From contig JAWOFO010000035.1 in assembly GCA_046497465.1 (NCBI GenBank), positions 1,074 to 65,073 on the forward strand: a stretch of 64,000 bases of DNA. The letters run 5' to 3'. Shown in pieces: positions 38,460 to 48,054 of the stretch. The stretch comes from Desulfobia sp. (lineage in GTDB: Bacteria > Desulfobacterota > Desulfobulbia > Desulfobulbales > SURF-16). The translations under genes and the position numbers were made by a program. The notes beneath the pieces are model-generated. The model was not told where the DNA came from, did not search any database, and worked only from the letters and a program-made list of their open reading frames with translations. Within the stretch, counting starts at the first letter, position 1, and every line of letters starts with the position of its first letter.

Positions 38460-39656
38460 CTAAAATCCGAGAGTAAGTTGAAAAGTGAGGATATCCCTGT
38501 CATCTTTAGCGTCGTTATCCGGATCAACCTTCATGTAATCAGCTGTCAACTTGCAGTTATGGCCTTTGAGATAATAGTTAAAGCCACCACTCCAAAAGTC
38601 GGTTTCATTTTTCCTGTCAACGTCTACTGTTTCATAACGAATATAAGGTTGAAAGCGGCCGGGACCGATAGAGCCAGGCACAAGATATCCCAGGTTGATG
38701 TACCAGTTTTCAGCATCATCGCCGGCTTCCAGGTCATGGTAAAAGTTAGGTTTGCCCTGGGTGCAATTTTCAATATCAATGTAGGCAGCTTCTGCGGTGA
38801 CCGCACCCTCTCCCAGCGCATGATCGAGAAAGGCGTCTACAGTCCAGACCTTATTGTCCTGATTCTTACGGCCTCCTAATGTCAAATCGTTCTGCCTGTC
38901 AAAGCCAAAACCGAAACTCAGGACATTTTTCTTGCCGAGATAGGTTCCCTTGTTGAACCAACCTGTCTCCGGCTCAAACAAGCTTAATGAAAACCGTCCG
39001 ACAAACCTGAGATTGTCTTCGGGATTATTGTCATCCTCAACTCCTTCAGAGACCATCAATCTGTATTGCAGGAGGCCGTCCAGGGAATTTCCCCATATAG
39101 TCAAACCGTCATCTCGCCCCACTTTCTGGGCATAAAAAATACCGCCCCGGGAGCCCCCCTGCAAAAACGGGAGATCAGCGGTCAACATGCACTTAGTGGA
39201 GGTCGTGCCGTAGTTACGGGTCAAAGGGACATACATTCGTCCCATCTGAATCTTAAAAGCCTTGTCCAACTTCAAAGTAATCCAGAGATCCCGCCAGGCA
39301 ACACCGCTTCCCAGACCGATCCCTGAACGGTCCAGGGTTCCGCCGTCTGGTGTTTCCATCCCGACCTTATCCGAGGCAACATGCACAAAAAAACTGGCAT
39401 ACTTGGTCACATCACCCTTCAGATACATATAGGCCCGGCGTATCATGAAATCGTTCAAATCCTCGTATCTGTTTCCATTAGTCTTTCCTTTTTCAACCCA
39501 CTGATACATGGCCTGCGTCCAGATGCCGATCTCTCCCTTGGTTTGTTCATTAATTTCCTTCTTAAATCCTGCCCAGGAAGAAGCCGCTATTCCACAAACA
39601 AAAAATAGTACAATCACCGCTATCTTGGCTGACACTGCTGATTTCTGCATTTCCAA
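38460..39656 (-). CDS. Outer-membrane porin (ExtI-like)
   Basis: Signal peptide, DFMIRRAY, MYVPLTRNYGTTSTK, GTYLGKK, C-terminal F. Confidence 0.75.
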   Translation of the reverse strand: MEMQKSAVSAKIAVIVLFFVCGIAASSWAGFKKEINEQTKGEIGIWTQAMYQWVEKGKTNGNRYEDLNDFMIRRAYMYLKGDVTKYASFFVHVASDKVGMETPDGGTLDRSGIGLGSGVAWRDLWITLKLDKAFKIQMGRMYVPLTRNYGTTSTKCMLTADLPFLQGGSRGGIFYAQKVGRDDGLTIWGNSLDGLLQYRLMVSEGVEDDNNPEDNLRFVGRFSLSLFEPETGWFNKGTYLGKKNVLSFGFGFDRQNDLTLGGRKNQDNKVWTVDAFLDHALGEGAVTAEAAYIDIENCTQGKPNFYHDLEAGDDAENWYINLGYLVPGSIGPGRFQPYIRYETVDVDRKNETDFWSGGFNYYLKGHNCKLTADYMKVDPDNDAKDDRDILTFQLTLGF

Positions 39657-40001
39657 TCTCCTTGTGATTAAATTTTGAATTCAAAAAATAGATACAGATA
39701 AAAAACCTATTTGTCAAATTGTAAATTTCGATACCATGGACCTTATATATAGAAACAACCAATCAGTATCAAGTAATAATGATGATTATTCAGGCAGCCG
39801 GTTTGTAATTATTCATGGCAAACACGATAATCTGTTTTTTTCTTGACAGTTCGTTTCCGGGATTTATTATATGATCAACTGTACCCTTAATATTTTTATC
39901 TGCTTAAAATAACGTCATAAATACAACAATAGAGACGAACAGATAAAAATATTACAAGCTGCTAAAGGAACATTTAACGAAATAGAGGGAGAAAACAACA
40001 G

Positions 40002-40178
40002 ATGTCAGAGAAAAAAGAAAAAACAGAATACAGTGCAGACACGGCCAGCGATGAGAATATGATCGGAGAGATGGAGCCCTGGGAAAGCTGGGAGACCAAA
40101 TTGACCTGGTTGAGCATCCTGATCGGTGCCGGCGTACTTTTAATCGGCGGAATTGTGGTACAGACATTTGTACTTTAG
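40002..40178 (+). CDS. Small single-TM protein (58 aa), not in ORF track
   Basis: GAGGGAG RBS; MSEKKEK..EPWESWETKLTWLSILIGAGVLLIGGIVVQTFVL. Confidence 0.7.
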   Translation: MSEKKEKTEYSADTASDENMIGEMEPWESWETKLTWLSILIGAGVLLIGGIVVQTFVL

Positions 40179-40269
40179 CCGGTAAACCTCACTATTTAGG
40201 CAGTTCTCTGTAACATGAAGCTTTGCCTTGTAATAACAGATAAAGAATAAATACCATAGATATTAGGAT

Positions 40270-40524
40270 ATGAGGGCTGAAAGAGAAGTAGTGCTTATCC
40301 ATAACGGCCATCATTGGCTGGCCGAGGACAACGATATTGCGGTATCCGCCATAACGCTGGCGGAACTGGAAAAAAACATCAAGACTGCCCTGGGGGCGTG
40401 CGGCCGTTATAAAAAAGGCGAGACTGTCACCATACTGCTGGGTGTTGACACAAGGATTATGCCGGCATGGATTCGCCCTTATCAATCCCATTACTTTAAC
40501 CGTTATGTAACATTGCAGTTATAG
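40270..40524 (+). CDS. Small conserved hypothetical protein (DUF5395-like)
   Basis: W..E, L.EL, PAWIRPYQSHYFNR. Confidence 0.65.
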   Translation: MRAEREVVLIHNGHHWLAEDNDIAVSAITLAELEKNIKTALGACGRYKKGETVTILLGVDTRIMPAWIRPYQSHYFNRYVTLQL

Positions 40525-40538
40525 ATGGAGGTCGGATC

Positions 40539-42005
40539 ATGATACAAAATGGAAATATCAATCGAAAATGGTATTCCGGTATGCTGACCAATGAGGACTG
40601 GTGGTCAGTATGGCTGGGCCTGGCCATGGTGATACTGGGGCTTTTTTCCTTAGCTGGTCTGGATCTTGTAGGCTGGATCGCCTCACCCACGACCTGGCTT
40701 GATCCCGCCCAGGGGGTTGTGGTTTCCGGAGAAGCTTATAAAGGCTTAAATCCCGTTCTCTCCATTATCATCACCTACGCCGTCTTTACCGGCTTAACTA
40801 CTCTTGGCGCCGTAGCCATGAAGTGGGATGTCAAGAAATATTTCCTGGGCTTTACCATATTGTTCGTCCTCACCTGGATTATCTGGTATGTAGGTCATAA
40901 TGCCTATCTGGCTGCCATGAGTACTCAGCATGATAAATTTGGTATATCCTGGAGTCTTTCCATGGGCGGAGGGGCTTCATATCTTTTGGCCCTGGCAGTT
41001 GGCCTTATCATAGGGAACCTGTTCAAAGGTTTTGCCGGATTTTTACAAGAAGCAGCCAAACCTGAATGGTTTATTAAAACAGCGATTGTCTATCTGGGGG
41101 TAAAACTCGGGATTAAATGTATGGAAGCCAGCAATTACGCCCTCGAACTTGCCCTTACCGGGGCTGCAGCCACTTTTGCCGCTTATTTGATATTCTGGCC
41201 CCTTTGTTATGTCACCTGCCGTAAACTTTTTAAACTACCCCGGGAATGGTCAGCGGTCCTGTCATCCGGGGTATCAATCTGTGGTGTTTCGGCATCAGTG
41301 GCTACCGGTGGAGCTATCCGGGCCAAACCCATTGTCCCGGTGGTATCAGCAATCATGGTGGTGGTCTTTACTATCTTTCTCATTGTCGCTTTACCCCCGA
41401 TTTATACCGCCACTCTGAGTAACGAGCCGATTGTTGCAGGTTCAGCCACCGGCATGACGGTCAAAACCGATGGAGCGGATGCAGCAACAGGAGCGATTCT
41501 GGATGAAATGATGGTTGCCAAAGCCGCAGAACAAGGTCAATACTGGGAAAAAGGCTGGATTTTGACAGCTTCAATCATGACCAAGATCTGGATTGATATG
41601 TTTATCGGGGTATGGGCGTTTATTCTGGCCATCCTGTGGGTTGGCAAGGTAGAGAGAGGACCGGGGCAGAGCAAGGTACCCAAATCGGAAATCTGGTTCA
41701 GATTCCCGAAATTCGTAATCGGCTATTTAATCGCCTGGTTCATCTATATAGGAATAGCTGCGTTTGCCCCTGATCTTACCGAATCGGCTAAGATTGGGGC
41801 AGCATCTGTGCAGGGGCCTATGCGGCACCTGTTTTTTATGCTGACCTTTGTCGCTATCGGCGTAATTACTGATTTCAGCAAATTAAAGGGGCTCGGGCGG
41901 CCGGCCCTGTCTTATGCTGTATGCCAGTTCATTATTATTCCGCCAATTGCTCTTATTATCGCTTATATATTTCACAGTGGCATGACGGTTCCAGGGGCCA
42001 ACTAG
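40539..42005 (+). CDS. Putative sulfate exporter (YeiH-like) family transporter
   Basis: NEDWWSVWLG, EWFIKTAIV, SICGVSA, W.RFPKFV. Confidence 0.85.
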   Translation: MIQNGNINRKWYSGMLTNEDWWSVWLGLAMVILGLFSLAGLDLVGWIASPTTWLDPAQGVVVSGEAYKGLNPVLSIIITYAVFTGLTTLGAVAMKWDVKKYFLGFTILFVLTWIIWYVGHNAYLAAMSTQHDKFGISWSLSMGGGASYLLALAVGLIIGNLFKGFAGFLQEAAKPEWFIKTAIVYLGVKLGIKCMEASNYALELALTGAAATFAAYLIFWPLCYVTCRKLFKLPREWSAVLSSGVSICGVSASVATGGAIRAKPIVPVVSAIMVVVFTIFLIVALPPIYTATLSNEPIVAGSATGMTVKTDGADAATGAILDEMMVAKAAEQGQYWEKGWILTASIMTKIWIDMFIGVWAFILAILWVGKVERGPGQSKVPKSEIWFRFPKFVIGYLIAWFIYIGIAAFAPDLTESAKIGAASVQGPMRHLFFMLTFVAIGVITDFSKLKGLGRPALSYAVCQFIIIPPIALIIAYIFHSGMTVPGAN

Positions 42006-42055
42006 TATCTTACAACTAGCATTTGGCTATTTATTCCTTGATCTCGAACAAACCT

Positions 42056-42086
42056 GAGGTTCCCCTCTTATCAAGAGGGGGACTCT
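42056..42086. terminator. Hairpin between convergent genes
   Basis: GTTCCCCTCTT-ATC-AAGAGGGGGAC. Confidence 0.6.
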
Positions 42087-42110
42087 TGATCACAGGTGTT
42101 TGGGCTGTCA

Positions 42111-42971
42111 CTAGTTGTTTTTCCCAGCCAGGGCCAATACGGATTCGACGATTTTATTGATTGCCTGTTCAGTTGGAGAATCATGCCTGCCTTTGATATA
42201 GGCGCAGCCTTCATCCCCTGCCTTAACCATTTCTGGATCCAGGGGGATTTTGCCTAAAAAGGGCACTCCGGTTTCCCGGGCCAACGCTTCTCCGCCCCCG
42301 GCATTGAAGATGTCTACTGTTTTTTTACAGTGGGGACAGATAAAGCCGCTCATGTTTTCAACAATGCCAATTACAGGATTTTCCGTATGCTTGCAGAAAT
42401 TAATCGATCTTCTGACATCATCAATTGCCAGAACCTGTGGGGTAGTCACAATAACTCCCTTGGCATCTTTACCCAGAAGCTGCATTACAGAAATGGGTTC
42501 ATCCCCTGTTCCAGGCGGGCAGTCAACTATCAGATAGTCCAGATATCCCCAGTTAACTTCCTCCAGAAACTGTTTGATCAGGCTCATCTTAATCGGCCCT
42601 CTCCAGATAACTGAATCGTCCTTGTTGGGGAGCATGAATCCCAGGGACATAACCGAAAGATTATCGCTCCATCTCACAGGCTCCAGGGCATTTTCACTTA
42701 TTGCCTGGGGCTTGGCATCGCCTAAATTAAGCAGCCTGGGTACACTTGGACCGTGAACATCGACATCCAGTAAGCCGACTTTTTGTCCTGCCAGGGAAAG
42801 GCCTACCGCTAAGTTGGTGGCTACGCTGCTTTTACCTACCCCTCCTTTGCCTGAGAGTATCACTATCTTGTGCTTGATCCTGTTTAAGCATTGATGCAGT
42901 TTTTCATCATCATTCTCCTGCTGCTTGCAGCTGTCCTGGCTGGAGCAACTTTCACATGATTTATATGTCAT
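42111..42971 (-). CDS. Mrp/NBP35 (ApbC) Fe-S carrier ATPase
   Basis: SGKGGVGKS, DVDVHGP, WRGP, DCPPGTGD, ENMSGFICPHC. Confidence 0.93.
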   Translation of the reverse strand: MTYKSCESCSSQDSCKQQENDDEKLHQCLNRIKHKIVILSGKGGVGKSSVATNLAVGLSLAGQKVGLLDVDVHGPSVPRLLNLGDAKPQAISENALEPVRWSDNLSVMSLGFMLPNKDDSVIWRGPIKMSLIKQFLEEVNWGYLDYLIVDCPPGTGDEPISVMQLLGKDAKGVIVTTPQVLAIDDVRRSINFCKHTENPVIGIVENMSGFICPHCKKTVDIFNAGGGEALARETGVPFLGKIPLDPEMVKAGDEGCAYIKGRHDSPTEQAINKIVESVLALAGKNN

Positions 42972-43270
42972 ATTCTTCCTCCGTTAAAATTTAATTTTGT
43001 TTGAATTTGACTTGGCAATTCCTTTAAGAGTAATATCTTTCAACAATTTCAAAAATTATATCCGGGCCGGTTCACAACTCCTTGATTTAACTTTTCGAGA
43101 TCAGGAAATCTGAAATTCGGCAAATAAAAACGCGTGGCCAAAAAACGGACACGCGCTGAATAAAGGACAGAAAATACTTATTATTTAATCTACTACTGAT
43201 TTAACTATTTCGATAACCATTATAAAAATACAATAATTTTTTAGGAAGATTTGTCAACCTAAAAAAATAA

Positions 43271-43500
43271 AAGGACCTCACCCGTTTTATACTAACTTCA
43301 CATTGGTTTAATTATGAAATCAGTATGTTGGGTCATTTGAGATTATCTTCTCAATAAATCGGGGGGATTGCTTTCTCCGGCACGGTACTGGATTCCAGAG
43401 GCCCCCCTCCAATTATTGAGATATTACTTCTTAGTTAAAATAACTGTCTGATTCTGCTATCTTATTTATATGAGTTCAGTAAAAAATGGGTGATGTCCTG
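43271..43500. mobile_element. MITE (AGGACATCAC family) with nested hairpin insert
   Basis: AGGACCTCACCCGTTTT/AAAATGGGTGATGTCCT ends; homologous to 51781-52098 in reverse. Confidence 0.72.
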
Positions 43501-43536
43501 AAAGAAATAACCTCTGTAAAAGAACAGGAAAAAGGG

Positions 43537-43564
43537 TTGACAGCAACTGCACACGGTATACAAT
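43537..43564 (+). promoter_or_regulatory. Sigma70-like promoter
   Basis: TTGACA-N16-TACAAT upstream of 43640. Confidence 0.55.
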
Positions 43565-43639
43565 TTATATCCTGCCGAGACTTTCCCATATATTCCAGTA
43601 AAAATATCTATTTAGTATTAACTATATAAGGAGAAAAAA

Positions 43640-44506
43640 ATGAAAAGACCATATTTAACCAAACAGAACGGAAAATATGAAATAAAGGTCCGTACTTGTG
43701 GGGGATCACTCGATCTTAAACAGTTTACGGCCCTCAGAGACATCGCTGACAATTATGGCTCGGGGAAAATACATTTGACGGTGAGGCAGGAGGTCTTACT
43801 TTTCGATATTGAAGAGGATCACCTTGAGGAGGCCCTGAGAAAGCTGGAAGATGCTGGTCTGAGAGGTGGTTCTGCCGGCTTCAGGGTAAGAAACATTGTT
43901 TGCTGTGTAGGACAGAGGTGCAAGAACAGTGTACTGGATGTTACCGGTCTGGCGCAAGACCTGGACGAAAAATATGGGGAAAGAGAACTGCCGGGGGCTG
44001 TAAAAATAGCTATGGGCAGTTGCCCCTATCCGTGTACCAGGCCCTATTTGAATGATATAGGAATTATTGCAAGAGCCTATCCCGTTGTGGACCTGGAAAA
44101 ATGTGAAGGGTCTGCCAAGTGTGTAGAGGCCTGTCCAATGAAAGCCATTAGCATCAACGAAGATAATAAAGCTGTCATTAATCGAAAGAAGTGTAAGATG
44201 TGCGGCAGGTGTATTAATACCTGTCCGCTTTCCGCCATCTATGCCAAAGAAAAAGGCCTTACGGTTGTGGTAGGTGGACGCGGCACCTGGCCTGCCCTGA
44301 AGGGAGAGATATTGGCTGAGATGTTGGAACCCCGGGATATAGTGCCGTTGGTAGGAAAAATACTGGACTACTATGAACAGAACGCCCTCAGCCATGAAAA
44401 AAGACTAAGACCTTTTGTAAAGAGAATAGGTATTGAAAAAATGCGCAAGGATATATTGGATACTGATAAGCCGGTGGGACAAAGATGGAGAGAAGCCATG
44501 CTGTAA
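43640..44506 (+). CDS. Nitrite/sulfite reductase-like (AsrC-type) Fe-S protein
   Basis: HLTVRQ, VRNIVCC..C, KIAMGSCPYPC, two ferredoxin motifs. Confidence 0.8.
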   Translation: MKRPYLTKQNGKYEIKVRTCGGSLDLKQFTALRDIADNYGSGKIHLTVRQEVLLFDIEEDHLEEALRKLEDAGLRGGSAGFRVRNIVCCVGQRCKNSVLDVTGLAQDLDEKYGERELPGAVKIAMGSCPYPCTRPYLNDIGIIARAYPVVDLEKCEGSAKCVEACPMKAISINEDNKAVINRKKCKMCGRCINTCPLSAIYAKEKGLTVVVGGRGTWPALKGEILAEMLEPRDIVPLVGKILDYYEQNALSHEKRLRPFVKRIGIEKMRKDILDTDKPVGQRWREAML

Positions 44507-44564
44507 CATAGCTGCTTGCCCGGACTCCCATGGCAAATCTGTTCTGAGCTGTTCAAGAGCGGTA

Positions 44565-44620
44565 CAGGCGGGCGGCGGGCTGTGAGAATGAAGATAGCAA
44601 GTCCGCCGCCACTTGCCTGC
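44565..44620. terminator. GC-rich hairpin between convergent genes
   Basis: GGCGGCGGGCT...AGTCCGCCGCC. Confidence 0.5.
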
Positions 44621-44649
44621 TAAGCAGGAAATTTTACCGGGCCAATACC

Positions 44650-45990
44650 TTAATTCATTTTAACTAAAGCCAGCTCAGCAGCATTTACTATCTGGTTAAC
44701 TATGGGCGATGCCGTGAGGGCAGGCTGTGTACCCAGCTGAAAAGTTGCTACTTGGTCGGCTGTCATCTTATTGGATATAAAGGAGGATATAATATTTGCC
44801 ACCTCGCCGGCAGTTCCCCCACCAAGCATTTCACCGCCCAAAATTCTTCCCGTATTCCTGTCGAACATCAACTTTACCTTGGCCTGTTTGGCATCCGGCA
44901 TTGTTCCCGGGTGTTTGTCCGGTGCTGTCACTTCAGCGGTAATGATGTCATATCCAGCATCATTAGCCGCTTTTTCCGTGAGACCCGCTGCAGAGAGCCC
45001 CATATCTCCCACAACAGTGGCAAACACGCCGATGGCTCCGGGGTTCTTTCTTTTAAGACTGAAAAGGTTGGCTCCTGCAATATGTGCTTCGGTACAGGCT
45101 ATCGAGGCCAGGCGAAGACCGGATACTTTTTGGGTAAAAAAAGAAAACTTTTCGGCACAGTCACCGACAGCAAAAATATTCTCATCGCTGGTCCTCATAT
45201 ACTCGTTTACCTTTATCCCTTTCATATCGCCGATCTCTAGTCCCGCCTGCTGAGCAAGTTCAGTATTGGGAGCAGCGCCTATTCCTATAATCACTGCATC
45301 TGCTTTGAGCCTTTCACCGCTTTTAAGCTCGACAGAATCAACCTTGCCATTTCCCAGAATAGAACTGACCGTACTGTTGGTAATGACCTTTATTCCTCGT
45401 TCAGCCATCTTATTTTCCGCCTCAACACAAAACTCCTCGTCCAGCGCCAGGAGCAGGCAATGCGGCAGCGCTTCTATAACGGTTATATTCTTGCCTCCTA
45501 TCTTTTGAAACTCATCAGCCATTTCAACACCAATGAATCCACCTCCGATCACGATAATATCCCGTAACTCAGCCAGTCTCTTCTGGAACTCATCGAGATA
45601 ATCGGCATCTTTATTGACAAAGAACACGTTCTCCAGTTCCTTGCCGGAAATGGGCGGGGAAACCGGTTTGGATCCGGTGCTCAGAATAAGCCTGTCATAG
45701 CTGACGGTTTCCCCGCCCGCCGTTTTCAGCGACTTCCCTGCCCGATCAACTTCAGTCACCTCATCCACCATAAAATCGACGCCGTTATTTGTCAGAAGGG
45801 CATCGGGTATGAGATTATTATCGGTGGAACCGACGGTTCCGAAGATATAGGGTATACCACAAGGAACCATCACCCTCTTCTCCTTTCTGATAACCAGAAC
45901 GTCGGCATCCTTATAATGCCTCTTGGCTGTTACCGCTGCTACCGGTCCAGCGGCACTTCCTCCTACAACTACAACATCTGCCTGTTTCAT
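44650..45990 (-). CDS. FAD-dependent pyridine nucleotide-disulfide oxidoreductase (CoA-disulfide reductase/NADH oxidase-like)
   Basis: GGSAAG, VPCGIPY, GGGFIG.E, FAVGD. Confidence 0.88.
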   Translation of the reverse strand: MKQADVVVVGGSAAGPVAAVTAKRHYKDADVLVIRKEKRVMVPCGIPYIFGTVGSTDNNLIPDALLTNNGVDFMVDEVTEVDRAGKSLKTAGGETVSYDRLILSTGSKPVSPPISGKELENVFFVNKDADYLDEFQKRLAELRDIIVIGGGFIGVEMADEFQKIGGKNITVIEALPHCLLLALDEEFCVEAENKMAERGIKVITNSTVSSILGNGKVDSVELKSGERLKADAVIIGIGAAPNTELAQQAGLEIGDMKGIKVNEYMRTSDENIFAVGDCAEKFSFFTQKVSGLRLASIACTEAHIAGANLFSLKRKNPGAIGVFATVVGDMGLSAAGLTEKAANDAGYDIITAEVTAPDKHPGTMPDAKQAKVKLMFDRNTGRILGGEMLGGGTAGEVANIISSFISNKMTADQVATFQLGTQPALTASPIVNQIVNAAELALVKMN

Positions 45991-46101
45991 TTATATATAC
46001 CTCCCACTCCCTTTTTGTTATTAACCAGTAAAAATTTTCCCGCTTCACAACCTCTTTTGCCGGCAGATCAATGCGTGTCAATGCGCCTGTCAAATTACTA
46101 A

Positions 46102-46192
46102 TTCAACTTTCCGACCAAACACGAAACCGTTCCTGAATAACGTACGCCAACCGTCTGAAATTATGCCAATATTCTAAAGTCGGAAAGTTGAT
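46102..46192. mobile_element. MITE of the TCAACTTTCCG family with 7-bp TSD
   Basis: TTCAACTTTCCGAC/GTCGGAAAGTTGAT flanked by TTACTAA twice. Confidence 0.78.
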
Positions 46193-46267
46193 TTACTAAT
46201 TAATTAAAACTGTTTTCAAAGTTGAACAATGTCATAACCGAAAACTTGGTAAACAAGCTCATCAAAG

Positions 46268-46621
46268 CTACTGGCACGGAGAGTTGGGATCATGACCGCA
46301 TACATTTTCACCGGTCACCAAGGAATTGTTAAGGTAATCGGTTACTATCTTTTCCGGGGTTTCAACCGGAGCGCCTGTTATCACCTCGATACCTGCCTGG
46401 GCAAAAAGCTGCTTTGCCATCTGTCCCATCCCTCCCGTAATAATTACATTGACGTTCTGCCCATGGAGCCATTTGGGCAGTACCCCCGGTTCATGGGGCG
46501 GTGGATCTAAAAACTCCTTGCTTTTGATCTTATTGTTTTCAACATTAACAATACAGAATTCCTTGCAGTGTCCAAAATGTAGAGTCAGTTTACCCATTGC
46601 CACGGGAATTGCGATTTTCAT
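46268..46621 (-). CDS. NifB/NifX-family protein
   Basis: MKIAIP, HFGHC, PPHEPG, GGMG. Confidence 0.88.
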   Translation of the reverse strand: MKIAIPVAMGKLTLHFGHCKEFCIVNVENNKIKSKEFLDPPPHEPGVLPKWLHGQNVNVIITGGMGQMAKQLFAQAGIEVITGAPVETPEKIVTDYLNNSLVTGENVCGHDPNSPCQ

Positions 46622-46693
46622 GATTGGTTTTCCTTTTTTTTAATCTCAAGTTTTATTTGATTCTTCATAGAACTCCTTTACGGTGTTATACCT

Positions 46694-47056
46694 TTATACC
46701 CAGTGGCCATCAACATTAGGGCCTCCTGCATGCTGCAGATTACCGGATTTGAATTTCTCCACGGCCTCCTTTACTTTTCCCCCTATACCGGTAATCACCT
46801 TGATATTAGCGGAATTTAGCGTACTAAATGCCTTGGGACCACAGTTGCCGGTAATCACGGCTTCCACCCCTTGGTCTGCTACGGTTTTGCCAGCCTGAAT
46901 ACCCGCACCCTTGGGAAGATTGAGATTTTGTGTATTCTCCACAACTTCCAGGGCCATAGTCTCGGTATCCACGATCAAAAAGTATTGAGCCCGGCCAAAA
47001 CGGGGATCCAGTTCGGAATCTAGTGTTTTTCCATTTGATGTGATAGCAATCTTCAT
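46694..47056 (-). CDS. NifB/NifX-family protein
   Basis: DPRFGRA, GAGIQA, TGNCGPKAF. Confidence 0.88.
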   Translation of the reverse strand: MKIAITSNGKTLDSELDPRFGRAQYFLIVDTETMALEVVENTQNLNLPKGAGIQAGKTVADQGVEAVITGNCGPKAFSTLNSANIKVITGIGGKVKEAVEKFKSGNLQHAGGPNVDGHWV

Positions 47057-47163
47057 TCTTATCTCCTTTAGTCTATCTCCTGAAGTACTTCCTTAAAAAA
47101 ATCAAACGTTCCGTTAATTATTATGGACATAGGTCTATGTGAAACCTTAATCCTGGTAAACGG

Positions 47164-48054
47164 TTACGAATTTACATTATTTTTTTCTGTGATATCGTTC
47201 ATGAACCTGGAAACATTCTTCCATACTTCTCTGACCGCCCGGGAAGCAGGTCCATCGGAATATTCGATTAAACTCTTTTTTTCCTTCATGGAATCGATAA
47301 CATCCCTGTCAAAGGGTATTTCACCTACAAACCTGATATTATTCTTCTCTGCAAAATTTCTTATGACATTTGAGGTTTCAGGGTTCAGATCGGCTTTATT
47401 GATACACAGAAATGCGGGAACCCGCATCTGATCAGCAAGGCTTTTGACCCGTTCCATATCGTGTATGCCTGACATGCTCGGCTCTGTTACAATAAGTACG
47501 GCATCCGAGTTAGTCACGGAAGCAATTACCGGACAACCAATACCCGGAGGTCCATCTGTAATGATCAGGGGGATATTTTCCTTTTCGGCTATTTCCCTTG
47601 CCTCCTGGCGCAGCTCACTGACAAGAAGGCCTGAATTTTCCTCGGCAATACCCAGTCTGGCATGAACCATGGGACCGTTACCGGTTTTGGAAAGATATTT
47701 TTTCCCGCATACCTGCTGTTCAAACTTAATAGCCTCGGCTGGACAGAAATGTACACAGACGCTGCAGCCTTCGCAGGAAATAGGATCAATGACAAAATCT
47801 TCGGATATGGCATCAAACTGGCACCTCTCCCGGCACTCTCCACATTCAGTACAAAGATCGGGCAGTATTTCAGCCTTGCTTCCGCCTCGGAATTCGGTTT
47901 CTCTGATTTGTTCGTATTCAAGGGTCAAAAAGAGGTTGGCGGCATCCACATCTGCATCAATGACAACTCTGTTGCCTGCAAGAAATGCAAGGGGTGCCGT
48001 AATACTTGTTTTACCTGTGCCCCCTTTACCGCTGATGATAGTTAACTCTTTCAT
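47164..48054 (-). CDS. MinD-like P-loop ATPase with 4Fe-4S insert
   Basis: SGKGGTGKT, DADVDA, two ferredoxin motifs, DGPPGIGC. Confidence 0.88.
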   Translation of the reverse strand: MKELTIISGKGGTGKTSITAPLAFLAGNRVVIDADVDAANLFLTLEYEQIRETEFRGGSKAEILPDLCTECGECRERCQFDAISEDFVIDPISCEGCSVCVHFCPAEAIKFEQQVCGKKYLSKTGNGPMVHARLGIAEENSGLLVSELRQEAREIAEKENIPLIITDGPPGIGCPVIASVTNSDAVLIVTEPSMSGIHDMERVKSLADQMRVPAFLCINKADLNPETSNVIRNFAEKNNIRFVGEIPFDRDVIDSMKEKKSLIEYSDGPASRAVREVWKNVSRFMNDITEKNNVNS

